Assembly (NCBI GenBank): GCA_043228905.1
Contig: JBHGNT010000018.1
Location: forward strand, 14,012,001 to 14,076,000
Reading direction: 5' to 3'
From: Azolla caroliniana
Lineage: Eukaryota; Plantae; Polypodiophyta
Length of the DNA: 64,000 nucleotides
Position 1 is the first letter of the stretch, and every line of letters begins with the position of its first letter. This document shows positions 50,773 through 63,640 of the stretch, piece by piece. Below the pieces are notes generated by a model. That model was not told the origin of the DNA and made no database searches. It was given only the letters and a program-made list of their open reading frames with translations. The position numbers and the translations under genes were made by a program.

Positions 50773-52024
50773 GCGTAACATGTAGCGGATACAATGAGTG
50801 TATCTTAGGTCCTCTAGCAAGCAGGAGGTTCCCCCTGTGGAGTGTCCACCCTCCCGAAGAAAAACCGGCACGAATGCCGTCTTCATCTAGTTGTCCGACT
50901 GAGATCAATGGCCTTGTGAGCTCGGGTACATGTCGGACATTGTGGAGTACAAGTGTAGAGCCCCCTGCAAGGTTGAGCTCTACTGTGCCGATTCCAACGA
51001 TGTCACAGTGTTGTGAGTTGCCGACTCGAACTGAGTCGGAGTGACGGATCGTATATTGCCGAAATTGGGATCGATGAGGAGTCACGTGGAATGACGCGCC
51101 CGAATCCAAGAGCCATGTGCTCGATTCTTCAGTCGTGAGTAGAACTTCTGATCCGACTGGATTTTCTATTGATAGTATATTCGGGTCGTCCGGTAGTACA
51201 TCAGCTGAGAAGCTGACGTAATTGATCTCCTCATGCCGGCCACTCTTCTTGTTGTTCTTGTTCTTGAGTGTGCGGCAGTCGGCTTTGATGTGTCCGGGTT
51301 TCTTGCAATAGTTGCAGATTCGGTTATCCCGTGACTGGCTCCGTCTTCGCTGATTGTTCGGCGGTCGTGAGGAATCTCTTCCTCGTATGTTCGATCGGTC
51401 TGTCGAACCTTGTACTACGTAAGCGTCGTCCGTTGAGTCTTTGGCAAAAGACTTTCTCCGAGCTGCTTCGGTCAGGATTGCGCTCGTGACTTCGGAGTAT
51501 TTAACAGCCGTGGTTGACGCGTTGCACACAGTTGTGACGAAAGTTTCCCATGATGAGGGAAGGCTGCTCATGAGTATCATTGCTCTGAGCTCATCCTCGA
51601 TTGCCGTCCCCTGTGACGAGATTTGGGAGCTTATGCTTTCGTACTCATTGAGGTGTGCTTGAACCGAATCGGATTCTTTCATCCGCAAGTTGTAGAGGCG
51701 CCGGATCAGAAACATCTTTGTTGCGGCGACCTTCTTTTCGTAAGTGTCCGACAGCGTTTTCCACAGTTCGAATGCTGTCGTACACGATTGCACCGTAAAG
51801 TATACCGATTCCGATAGGTGCATCCGAATCGTGGCGCGGACGATTCTGTCCAGCTTCTGCCACTCAATTGGTTTGTATCCTTCTGGAGGTTCTTCATTTT
51901 CGATGGGATCGATCTGCCCCTTGACTATGAGATAGTCCTGCATTTGTTCCTTCCAGAAGTTGAAGTTCGATCCATCGAACTTTCGTAGACTCATTTCTGA
52001 CGAGCCGGATGTTGATGCCATCAA
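50773..52024 (-). CDS. Copia polyprotein N-terminal part (gag, zinc knuckle, protease)
   Basis: Motifs KFDGSNFNFWK, CNYCKKPGHIKADC and WLLDSGASFH. Confidence 0.95.
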
Positions 52025-55000
52025 ATTCGGTTTCGGTTGACGAAGCTCGGTTCGGAGTTGACTACGAATCTTGTTGGAGTGCAGCCGGTTGGCTCACCCG
52101 ATATCGTTCTAGTCGGATTTGAACCCGAGTCGGTTCGGCTTCGGAACTTGCTCGAATTGACTCCGGTAACTTGAGGGACAGAACCGACTGGTCTTCCCGA
52201 ATGTTGCCGAGTCGGAGTGAGCCCGGTTCGCTTCGGATATATATGCCGAATACCGATTATTAAAACCGATTATCTGAACCGATTTTGCTTCGGTTGACTG
52301 CAGCGACGAGAGAGACGGATCCGACTGATCCTCCCGAATGTCGATCAGCCAGATGAAGCATGAATTTGGGTTGTTGTCAGGGTTGCACAAGGGGATTTCA
52401 CCTCGAGCGGTTACGATCACGGGGAGCGGAGTACAACCTGCTGGCTTACTCCAAACAAAGATGATCTAACGCGATGAGATGCAAACCTGGTTTTTCTTCT
52501 TCTTCTCTCTTCTTCGAATGACGCAGGGAACCGAATGCAGAGACGACGGCCGACAGCGGATTGAAGAACCGACTACTGTGCAGGCTCTGATACCAGATGT
52601 TGGAAGCAATGTCGTCTGTGCGGAAGATCTTGAAGCACTCGATTCCTGTTTATTCCCTGTGTATGACAGAATGTAGGTCGTTGCACAGAGAGAGAGAGAG
52701 AGAGAGAGACACAAAAGAGTTTCTTATTTCATAAAGCAACAATACAACAACCAACCTCACAAAGAGGTTACAAGGTCACTATATATAGTGACCGACTTAG
52801 GGCAACTGCCCTTTATGCTAATTACATAAATGGCCAAAACGGGATGGTGTGAATACGTCCATTATACACAGGTATTCGACATCAAGTTCATTTGGTTATT
52901 CAACTACATCCCAATCGGTACCCAACTGACGCTGCTCATGTGGGATTAGTGGGAACCTTGCTTTGTGGTACGACATTAGCATGGTTTGCACCAGTCTTCG
53001 AGAAGAAATCACTGTTGTTGGAGGATTTTGAGGCATTTGTTATGGAGTTTCACACTAGTTTTGGAGACACCGACAACATTAGGACGGCGATAAACAAGAT
53101 TCGAAGGCTCCCACAAGGAGATCAGCCCGCGTCGGCTTACGCAACTGATTTCCGTCTCTTGGCATGTGATATCCCTTAGGATGAGGCGGCCTTAACGGAT
53201 CAATTCCGTTAATTAGAGGATGTGTTAAACGAGTAAGTTCGGCAAAAATAGGAGCCATTTGGTTGGACCATCCTAGCTATGTAAAGTTAGTTCCTAGTCA
53301 TGTTTCCATTTCATCAAATCAAGTGAGTAGAGTTTTTTCTACACAAGTCGAGCTTACCACATCTACATGCCATTGAGTCCTAGCTTCTACCCTCCTAGAT
53401 TCTGGAACCATACCTTGTTTCATGGATCGTGAATTTGCATTGTCACAAAACATCCTCTTGAATAAGCTACCAAACCCAGTAGCCGTAGGAGTCATTGATG
53501 GCCGTCCCATACCATCAAGTGATATAGTTGAGAAGTCGGAGCCAATTCGTATAGTTCTTGGTGATTTGGCAAACAAAATCTCTTTCAACATTATTCGCAG
53601 AATGGAACACCCAATCGATCTAAGTCTCCCTTGGTTTGAACTCCATAACCCGAAGATTGATTGGATGAAGAGAACAATTGAGGACACCCAAGAAACAAGA
53701 ACAAAGCTCGCATCCCTCAAATCTCCGACATTTGATACTAGATCCCATAAGTTATCGACCATCTCTCTACGTCAATTACGTGAAGAAGGGGGCAACGAGG
53801 ACATGTTCATATTTGCAATAGAAGCAACTCCATCATCCACCTTACATGAAGCGGACATTAAACTACCAGAGAAATACAAAGAACTTTCCGAGATGTCTTT
53901 GATAAGGTGAAGGCCAATACATTGCCAGAGCATTGACCATACGACTGCCCTATTGACTTACAACCACAGAAAGAACCTCCATGGGGCCCAATTTATAATC
54001 TCTCCCCTATAGAGCTAGATACTTTGCGGGAATATATTGATGAGAATCTGGCAAAAAAATTCATTCGGCATTCTAGATCCACTATCGGTGCACCTATCTT
54101 CTTCGTTAAGAAAAAGAATGTGTCTCTTCAGTTGGTCGTGGATTATCGAGGGTTAAACAAAGTGACTATCCGGAATAGATATGCTCTACCGTTAATCCTG
54201 AATCTTTTGGAACATCTCAGTGGAGCAAAATATTTCATGAAGTTGGACCTTCGCAGTGCATATAATCTAGTTCGGATTCATCCGAGAGATGAATGGAAGA
54301 CTGCTTTTCACACTCGCTATGGACATTTCGAGTCTATTGTGATGCTACTTGGACTCATGAATGCACCAACAGTTTTCCAGCATATGGTGAATGATATTTT
54401 TCAATATTTTCTTGATATTTTCACTAAAGTTTACCTGGATGACATTTTGATCTACTCGAAGACCCAAGAGGAGCATGATGAACATGTTCGTCAGGTATTA
54501 CGTCGACTATGAGAATATGGTCTCTATGCAAAATTAGAAAACTATAGTTTCGGCCAGAATCAAGAGGAATTTTTGGGGTATGTTGTATCATCAGATGATA
54601 TTTCTATGGACCCCATGAAGGTGCAAGCAATTTTAGAGTAGCAGATGCCCCTTTTAGTGCAATGTTGTCTTGGGTTTGCAAATTTTTATCGGAAATTTAT
54701 TAACAATTATTCCAAGGTCGTGCTTCCGCTCACTCAACTCACACACAAAAATCAACCATTCATATAGAGTTCAAATGCACTTGAGGCATTTGAAAGCTTA
54801 AAAAGAGCGTTTACAATGTCACCTATTTTAGCACATCTCAATCCAACAACACGCTTCATCCTTGACGCTGATGCATTCGATTTTGCACTCCGGAGTATCC
54901 TATCATAGACTAGAGATGATGGACAGCTACACCATGTCACCTTTCATTCCCGAGAGTTTGAAGCTGTAGAGATCAACTACGAGATCCATGGAAAAGAACT

Positions 55001-55135
55001 TCTTGCAATTGTGGATCTTGTTCAACAATGGCGACATTTTCTAGAAGGTTCTTCTCAATAGATCATTGTCTACATTGATCATAAGAACCTAGCATATTCG
55101 GAAATGCTCGAGTCTTGAGTCAGTGGCATGCCCGG

Positions 55136-56119
55136 TGTCGCGAAAATACGACGAGGATACGTGAACTTTGAGGCAAGACCTCGGGGCCTCCGATCGGAAG
55201 ATATCAAATTCGTATTTTTATATTAAAGAATTAATGGAAAATGAGAAAGATTGACAAATTTCATTAATAAATGGAAAAGAAAAATTACAATCAATCCCAA
55301 GATTGGGATTACAAAAGATTTACCTTAAGGAGATTACTAGAATAATAGATTAGAGGAAACTGAGATATGGATTCAATAGAGATTTAGGGTTCTTGGCTTT
55401 GATAAGAGATTATGGTTTTATGAGTTGAATAATCTTGTTATCCGTTCAGTTTGCGTCCAGCCTCGTCTGGTCGTCGATTGCCGCCGCCTCACCGGCTCCA
55501 CCGCTAGTTCCGGTTTGCTTACCGACCAATTTCCAGTTTTGCTTACCGGCCGATTTCGGTTTTGCTTTCTGACCGGTTTCCGGTTTTCTTACCGGCCTGT
55601 TCCGGTTTGCTTCCCAGCCGGTTCTGGATTGCTTACCGGTCGTTTCTAGATTGCTTATCGGCCGCTTCCAGATTGCTTTCCAGCCGCTTCCAGTGTGTTT
55701 ACCGACCAGTTCCGAATTGCTTACCGGCCGGTTCAGGATTACTTTCCGGCCAGTGCCGGTTCCATTACCAACCGGTTCCATTTTATTGCCAGTTCGTTTT
55801 TGGGAACTTGGCCACATTCATCCATCTAGACAAAGTGGCTAAAGTGGTCTTAACACAAATAAAAAATGTAGGATCTCAATGTGCTTATATAGCCAGGGCC
55901 TTAAGTTTCCTATCTATGTGGGATACTTCAAATTTCTATTTTCCCTATATTCTCAAGCTTCATGTCCACCTAACTTGATATGTAGTTGTCTATTTTGTAT
56001 GTAGTAAAATGCGTTTTGAAACTCTTGAGTACATCCATATTTCTATAACAAGCTACTAATCTAATCTAAAATAATTATTTCATTACTTTTTTACATAGTG
56101 TGTGAAGATTCACACGACA
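55136..56119 (-). repeat. Family E LTR, extra copy with its own PPT-like flank
   Basis: TGTCGCGA...CACGACA termini, preceded by CCGG and followed by ttcgtcaccaccaaac. Confidence 0.9.
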
Positions 56120-56135
56120 TTCGTCACCACCAAAC

Positions 56136-56391
56136 ATTTTGCACTCTGGAGTGTCCTATCGCAGACTAGAGATGATGGACAACTACAGCATGTCACCTTT
56201 CATTCCCGAGAGTTTGAAGCTGTAGAGATCAACTACGAGATCCATGGAAAAGAACTTCTTGCAATTGTGGATCTTGTTCAAGAATGGCGACATTTTCGAG
56301 AATGTTCTTCTCAATAGATCATTGTCTACAACGATCATAAGAACCAAACATATTCGGAAATACTCGAGTCTTGAGTCAGCGGCATGCCCGG
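56136..56391 (+). repeat. Duplicate of the host RNase H segment 54880-55135
   Basis: attttgcactc.ggagt...ggcatgcccgg is repeated with scattered substitutions. Confidence 0.92.
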
Positions 56392-57714
56392 TGTCGCGAA
56401 AATACGACGAGGATACATGAACTTTGAGGCAAGACCCCGGGGCCTCCGATCGGAAGATATCAAATTCGTATGTTTATATTAAAGAATTAATGGAAAATGA
56501 GAGAGATTGACAAATTTCATTAATAAATAGAAAAGAAAAATTATAATCAATCCCAAGATTGGGATTACAAATTTATGTTAAGGAGATTACTAGAATAATA
56601 GATTAGAGGAAACTGAGATATGGATTCAATAGAGATTTAGGGTTCTTGGCTTTGATAAGAGATTATGATTTGATGAGTTGATTTAGCTTTCGTATGGAAA
56701 ATTTAAGGTTTTTTTAGTGTTATGGTTTCAATAAGATAAGGGAGCTAAGAATGAAAAGAAAATAAAAATGGAGAGAGGATGAGTGTAGGAAAGAAAATGG
56801 AATATATATGGAGTTCTCCGTTGATTATAACCTTTCCACTTTTTGTTGCATGGCCTCTGCTTTTAGTTGCATAGCTTTTTCTTTTAGTTGCATCTATTTT
56901 TAGTTGCATGGCTTTTTCTTTTAGTTGCATGCGACCGTCCACATGACCTTTACTTTAGTTTCTTCACTTCACTTTAATTAGCCACATGATCTTGTTATCC
57001 ATTCGGTTTGCGTCCAACCTCGTCCGGTTGTCGATTGCCACCGGTTCCGGTTTGCTTACTGGCCAGTTTCCAGTTTTGCTTACCAGCCGATTTCAGTTTT
57101 GCTTACTGGCCGGTTTTGGTTTTGGTTACCGGCTGAAAACCGGCCAATTCCGGTTTCGCTTACTGGCAGGTTTCCAGTAAGCAAAACCGGCTGGTTCCGA
57201 TTTTGCTTATCGGCCGGTTTTCGATTTTTCTTACCGGTGGGTTCCGGTTTTGCCCACCAACCGGTTTTTGATTTTGCTTCTGGTTTTTGGGAACTTGGCC
57301 ATCATCATCCATCAAGACAAAGAGGCCAAAGTGCTGTTAGCACAACTGAAAATGAGGGGTCTCAAGGTGCTTATATAGCTAGAGCCTTAAGTTTCCTATC
57401 TATGTGAGATAAATCATAGTTCTATTTTCCCTATTTTCTCAAACATCTATCTTTCTATAACATGCCATTAAGCTAATATAAAGTATTTATTTGATTATTT
57501 ATTATTTTACATAGTGTGAGAATATTCACACGACATTCACCCCCACCAAACTTGCACATCCACCGGTATGTGCTAATTATGTGCCAATTTCTTTTGATTA
57601 CTTTATTTTTTTATTGATGTACCCGAATCGCCATTGCCATCCGATCCACCATATTCATTGTTCACTCTTTGCATTTCCATGACCGGTTGTCATGGCTCTC
57701 TTTGCTCCTCTTGA

Positions 57715-60700
57715 AACACCAGGACATTTGAAACAGGTAATATGTCGCATTTTGAGAACTGTCCATCAAAAAATGACACAAATTAGGGTGATTCACAAAA
57801 AGGTGTGCCGCATGCGTAAAGGAATTTTAAAAATGACCCAAAAATATATTGATTTTTAACATGTACGGAAATTTAGGTGTTCAAAAAAATGCCTAAATAA
57901 TGGACATGCCAAACTTACAAATGAATGTCCAAAATGACTAACCCCAATATTTATAGAAATTCTTAATCCAAATCTTGATGTGCAATACAATATTTATAGT
58001 TAACGTATCAGGACAATCATTTTTCAAGTTTATGTCATCATCTTCATACCCATTAGATGAACTAGTACGAGTTTATGAGGTCTCATCCTCATCATCAATG
58101 GCAACTAATGCATTGTGTTGATCCAATTGCAATCCAACCTCATCGAGTTTATGAGTCATGCTTCTTGTTTGTCTTTGTGTTGTGTCTGAAGCCACATTCC
58201 AGATCCTCTTTTAGTATCTTCATTGTGGTCTGTCACAGATAACTTGTTTTGGTCAAAGATAAGTCATACACTAATATATAAACATTATCTAATGTAAGAG
58301 TAGATGTGCTTGATGCATCTTTCCTCCTCACTTTTTGGTTATGATATTTCATTATGTACTTTCCATTTACAAGATTAGATTATGTGAGAGAAGCTTTCTA
58401 CCAAAATCATTAGAATCTAAAAAATGTCTTAAAGATGTTTTCCATTTTTCTTAGATTCTCATAGTAAGCCTTTGATGTCGTACAGAAATACGATTCATTC
58501 CATCTAGATTTGACGCAACATGTCGAATTTTACTCTATACATCTAAAATTGGATATAATGCATCAGATTCCTGTAAGTCTTGGAATTTTTTTTAAATTTT
58601 CCATTAAAAAAATACTCTTGCATTTTAATGCATTGCATTGAATTCTAGCTACATAGACTAAAATATGATACATTGCATGGATTTCCCGAAAATACATAAA
58701 TAAATACAAATTGAAAAAATAAAACATTTTCCCATAAATAAATAAATAAACATTTTTTATTTTACTCGTAAATAAATAAATAAAAATTGAAAAATTAGAT
58801 TTCAATGGAAATCCAATTCCGTGCATCGGATTCAATTGAAAATCCAATTTCTCTTATTTTTTTGAACATTTTCTTATTTTTTGAATTTGTTTTTATTTTT
58901 CCAATAAATAAATAAATAAAAATTGAAAAAATGGATTTTCAACGGAAATCTGATGCACTGCATCGGATTTTGGTTGAAAGTCCACTTTTACGTATTTTTT
59001 TCCAAATTTGCTTTTTTTCTTGAATTTGTTTGAATTTTTTTGAATTTTTTCTATAAAAAATAAATAAATATTGAAAAAATAGATTTTCAATGGAAATCCG
59101 ATGCACTGCATCGAATTTCCGTAGAAAATCCACTTTTTCTTCTTTTTTTCCAAATTTTCATAGTTTTTAGAATTTTTTTGGTATTTTGTTTGTCTATTTT
59201 CTCATAAATAACTATATAGAAATTGAAAAAATGAGTTTTCAAAGGAAATCCGATGTGCATCGGATTTCTATTGAAAGTTCACTTTTTGCTATTTGTTACC
59301 AAATTTTCATATTTTAAAATATTTTTTTGTATTTTTAAATTTTTTTTTTCATTTTTTCCCATAAATAAATAAATAAAAATTGCAAAAAATGGGTTATCAA
59401 CAGAAATCCGATGCACTACATCGGATTTCTATTGAAAATCCATTTTGTCTTATTTGTTTCCAATTTTTCAGATATTTTGAATTTGTTTTTGTATTTGTTT
59501 TGAATTGTTTTTGTTTTTATCATAAATAAATATATAGGAATTGAAAAAAATGGATTTTCAACAGAAATCCGATGCACTGCATCGGATTTCCATTGAAAGT
59601 CCACTTTTTCTTGTTTGTTTACAAATTTTCTTATTTATTTATATTTTTCTCTAAAAAAGTGTTAAAAATAAACAAATCGTGATTTTCTCCATTTAAAATG
59701 ATGTGTTTTCAACGGGAATCCGATGCAATGCATCCGATTCCCGTTGAAAACAGATCATTTTCAACAAGATTTTCAATGGAAATCCGATGCACTGCATCGG
59801 ATTTCCATTCAAAATCACTGAGTTTCAACAGAAATCCGATCCAGTGCATCGGATTTCCGTTGAAAGTCCAATATTTTTCTTATGTTTTTTCATAAAACAT
59901 TAATTTGCAATTGAAATCCGACTCAATGGTTTAGATTTTGTTGAAAATGTAATATTTTTTTATTATCTCATTGTTTTATGACAAACCTAAAAGAAATTTG
60001 GATTTTTAATTGAAATTCGATGTAGTGCATTAGATTTTAGTTGGAAATCCACTTTTTTAATATATTTTTATTTATTTTTTGAAAAAATGAAAAACAATTG
60101 AAAAGAAAGAGGATTGCCAGCTAAAATCTGATGCAATGCATCAATGTCTAACTATATAGACTACGATTTGATGTAGTGTATCAGATTTCAGTTGAAAAGC
60201 CGTTTATTTTTTATATGGAAAATAAATAAATAAATAAATAACATTGGAAAAAGAAAAAAGAAAAATGGATTTTCGACTCTAATCCAACGCATTGCATTAG
60301 ATTCTAGCTATATATACTAAAATATAATGTAGTGCATAGTATTTTAGCTGAAAATCCATTTTTTATTTTTTAATGGAAAAAATTTTAAAAATTACAAAAA
60401 AAAAAAAAACTTGGATTTTCAACTGAAATCTAGTGCATCGCATTGGATTCCAATTAAAAATCCAAGATTTTTTATTTTTCCAGATTTTATTATTTCAAAT
60501 TTTCAATGGGTTTTAGATTAGTTTTCTGACACAGGTACATAATATAAAACTTACATCAATTTAGATTAACGTTATATTCTATTCTTCAGTTTGATGTTAC
60601 CTGTGCAATTTCATTCTACTGTCATGTACTACTAAAACATACGCCTTAAAGATTATCAGGAACTCTGTTGCATTAGAGAAGGACCTTGAGCAAGTTAATG

Positions 60701-61645
60701 TCATCAAAATGAGGATCCAAGGTATCTGGGGTTGTCCTGATCAAGACCAAGAAGTTGGGGCAAAGCATATCAATAAAACTTAGATGTTCCAGATGACTTT
60801 TAGAAAACTTGTGGAAATATAGATGAAGACGCAGGGCAACTTGTTGAATTAGAAGACGTTTCAGAGTCTGAACATACTAACAATTCAACTTAGCGTACTG
60901 ACGAAGCCAATGAGGACAATCCTGATGAAAGAGCTAATCCTGAGTAGACGGCTTTACCAGACTTATTATTCGATTGAATGGTTGTGGCTTATTGTAAATT
61001 TTGAACAATATGAATTGTTAAATTTTGACGTAATATATAAGTTGAGCTTACTTATAATTTTCGTGTAACAATCATTGAACTTAGAAATTAAGTATACTTG
61101 TATGTGTACATGTTATCTAAACTCTCCTTTATCATTTGGGGTATATCGGAGATAAGTTTATACTCTATCATTTACTCGTATGATTGGAATGTTATTGTAG
61201 ACTAGTTTATTTATACATTGACAGTGTCATGTATCACGTGTCAATGGAAATTTTCTCTTGACATAGTAGTATCTCTTAATTGCAAGGTTCACAATTTGCT
61301 TTAAGATGTATTATATTTAAATATACACACATAATTAGAAGAAGTCACTTATTCAATGGGGCATGCTTTTTAGAATATGCACAAGGACCCGTGTTACTAT
61401 TATACTTGTGTTGACAAATACACCCCTGTCTAAGATTTGGACAAAAACATGGTAGATAGAATATACGTCGGATGATTTTGTTGACGTGATATTAGTTAGT
61501 TCTTTTTTTCGCTATGTTTTCATAAACCACATACACATGCGTCGTGCCTTGTCGAAATTCTGCTTAAATAAGGCATTTTTTAACATCTCACTAAGATATG
61601 AAAAAGAGAATGCGACATATTACCTGTTTCAAATGACCCGGTGTT
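57715..61645. mobile_element. Unclassified non-autonomous TIR DNA transposon (3931 bp)
   Basis: 37-bp TIRs AACACC(A/G)GG(A/T)CATTTGAAACAGGTAATATGTCGCATT at 57715-57751 and 61609-61645 with 2 mismatches, flanked by TTGA (57711-57714, 61646-61649). The host ORF reads on across the empty site. Confidence 0.85.
58480..60465. repeat. Array of ~45-bp palindromes TTTCAAnnGAAATCCGATGCA-C-TGCATCGGATTTCnnTTGAAA in AT-rich spacers
   Basis: Clear units at about 58801, 58937, 59086, 59238, 59397, 59556, 59708, 59770 and 59824, with decayed units out to 58480 and 60460. Confidence 0.9.
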
Positions 61646-61649
61646 TTGA

Positions 61650-63640
61650 GCATAATGTTTCACTCATGCATGTGCCACCTTCATCTCGGCCATCTCCTTG
61701 GTCATCTAATTTTCCCTTATCATTCTTTCTTGTTCCATGCATGTCTTTCAAAAGCCTTATCGAAATACTATGGTTGAGTACTCTTAGCGATTCATTATTT
61801 AGTGTCATGCTCTCCTCTAGGTGCTTAAGTGACCACACCGCATGTTTCCCACTTTGTCCACTCTCTTGGTATACTCTTGTGTTGGAATTGACCATGACTT
61901 CTACGCCAGTATTATCCTTGTTAGATTTTGTGATCACATCTTTTGTATCCACTTGGCCCACTTGGCCCACTTGGCCCACTTGGCCCACATCTTTGCTTTT
62001 TGAGGTTTGCTTGGTCTCTTTGTCGCACACATTTACTTTTGTCTTCATGCTTTGCTTGACCTCTTCCTTGTTTCACACATTGTCTTTAACCCTTGCTTCC
62101 TCACCACCATCGTCCTTCGCTTGGGTCTTACATCGATTAATGCCCAAGTCTCTCAAACGAGTGTGGAGGACTTTTGTAGTTTGGCATTGCCTTTGTCATG
62201 CTACTCTTTGCCACTTCCACCTTATGGTTGTTTGTGTTGGCGTTGATCTTTGTTTTCTCACCACCACCTTCCGTCTCTTAGGTCTTACATCGGTTAATGC
62301 CCAAGTCTCAAGAACCTTTGTGGGGAGAGTTTCTTCATCATCGTCGTCTACCCTCTTCGGTTTGACGTCTCCCTCTTCTTCACATGTGTTAGCTTCGGCC
62401 TTCACTTCCTCGCCGCCATCGTCCTTCTCTTGGGTCTCACGTTTTCTTTTTGATGCAACTACCCAAGTCTCTAGAACAAGTGGAGAAAATCTCGACACGG
62501 CCATCCGCCATTGACTCATCCATAGCCATCTCTAACTCGATGTCATTTTTCGTGGCTATCTCTTTAGACTCATAGGCCTCGTACCCATTGATCCTCTTGA
62601 TCGAGCAAGCCTCGATTATTCTTCCCTCTTCTTTGCATGTGTTAGTTCTGGCCTTCACTTCCTCGCCGCCACCTTCCGTCTCTTGGGTCTCACGTTGCCT
62701 TTTCGACGCAACTGCCCAAGTCTCTAGAATAAGTGTGGAGAAAGTCTCGACACGGCCATCCGCCATTGACTCGTCCTCAGCCACCTTTGACTCGATGTCA
62801 TTTTTCAGGGCTATCTCCGCAATCAAATAGGCCTCACACTTTTTATTTCCCATGATCATGCAAGCTTTGCTCATGCTTGCACCTTCATCACTTGATGTTT
62901 CAGACACGATGCGTGTTCTGAGACATTTATCCTCACTTGAAGTTACATTCGCCACCCTCAATTCATTGGTTTCTTTCTTCGTCATTCTTTCTTTGCAAGA
63001 TGAGAAGGTCTCTTGTTCCACACCTTCTTCCGTGGTGACATCGTGGTACCGAACCTGGGTCTTTGTATCAACCGTAACATTAATCCACATTTGTTGGGAG
63101 GCCTCTTCTTCCTCGCTCATCATTTGCTTTAGTTTTTGCTCCTTTTGAAGCTTCTCTTCAGCCTCAACTTGCGCCTTTAAGTTCTCGAATGCCTCTTCCA
63201 TCAAGACTTCTATGTCGAGTACTGTTGATACTTCCCTCTTCAAGCTCTCTTCTTTAGGTGGTAGTTTGTAGTTGCTTCCCATCCTCCTTTCACCATCCGT
63301 CATGGGTTGTGTTGTTGCCGATGAGAATCTTGTCTTCCTCGTATCATGCAATTGACATACTCTTTCCACTTTCGTCCTATCCTCGGTGGGGCCATTTGCA
63401 CCATCATCATCCTCAAGTCGGATTTCAATGGCCTTCCTTTCCTTCCGATCGATTGACTTCACAAACATTATGACTTTTTCCACCCCCACCAATCTTTGAT
63501 CCCGCCCCGAGAGTTGTGCAAAGCGTCACTCGAACTCAACGAAAGCATGCATGGCACATTGGTGGGTATTTAATGATAATACCCATTGATCAAACTCGTA
63601 TAGTTTGCATCTCTTCGGTTCTTTGTATCTATATGCCTCC
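61650..63640 (-). pseudogene. Gag-derived ORF of element E fused to an acidic, internally repeated region
   Basis: VIMFVKSIDRKERKAI..RLEDDDG...TED..KVERVC aligns with VLLFVKSVDERDRSHV..LLETEDGLTADW..VKRAC in the intact gag. Downstream is E/K/T-rich with a ~252-bp repeat and (ttggcccac)4. Confidence 0.75.

Larger units (their letters stand above)
40363..52881 (-). mobile_element. Very young Ty1/Copia (Tnt1/Tork-like), interrupted by an intact Gypsy
   Basis: TSD TCAAG (40358-40362, 52882-52886). 284-bp LTRs at 40363-40646 and 52598-52881 with no difference seen. PBS tggtatcagagc at 52584-52595 and PPT at 40647-40654. Confidence 0.97.
39498..55135 (+). mobile_element. Degenerate Tf1/Tcn1-type (chromovirus-like) Gypsy: 5' LTR, gag, PR, RT, RH; twice interrupted, 3' part not in the window
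   Basis: LTR 39498-39979. Gag starts at 40062 and resumes at 52887. PR LDSG-like motif near 53395; RT GAPIFFVKKK, VDYRGLNKVT, YLDDILIYS; [17 protein letters not shown]. No tRNA PBS. The chromodomain region is not visible, so the clade is inferred. Confidence 0.85.

Noticed and set aside
58480-60465. CRISPR-like repeat/spacer appearance
   Set aside because: Spacers are about 100 bp, AT-rich and similar to each other; repeats are degenerate; there are no cas genes and the context is eukaryotic TE.
61486-62514. 342-aa plus-strand hydrophobic ORF
   Set aside because: Antisense shadow of the E/K-rich minus-strand ORF; it also crosses the TIR boundary.
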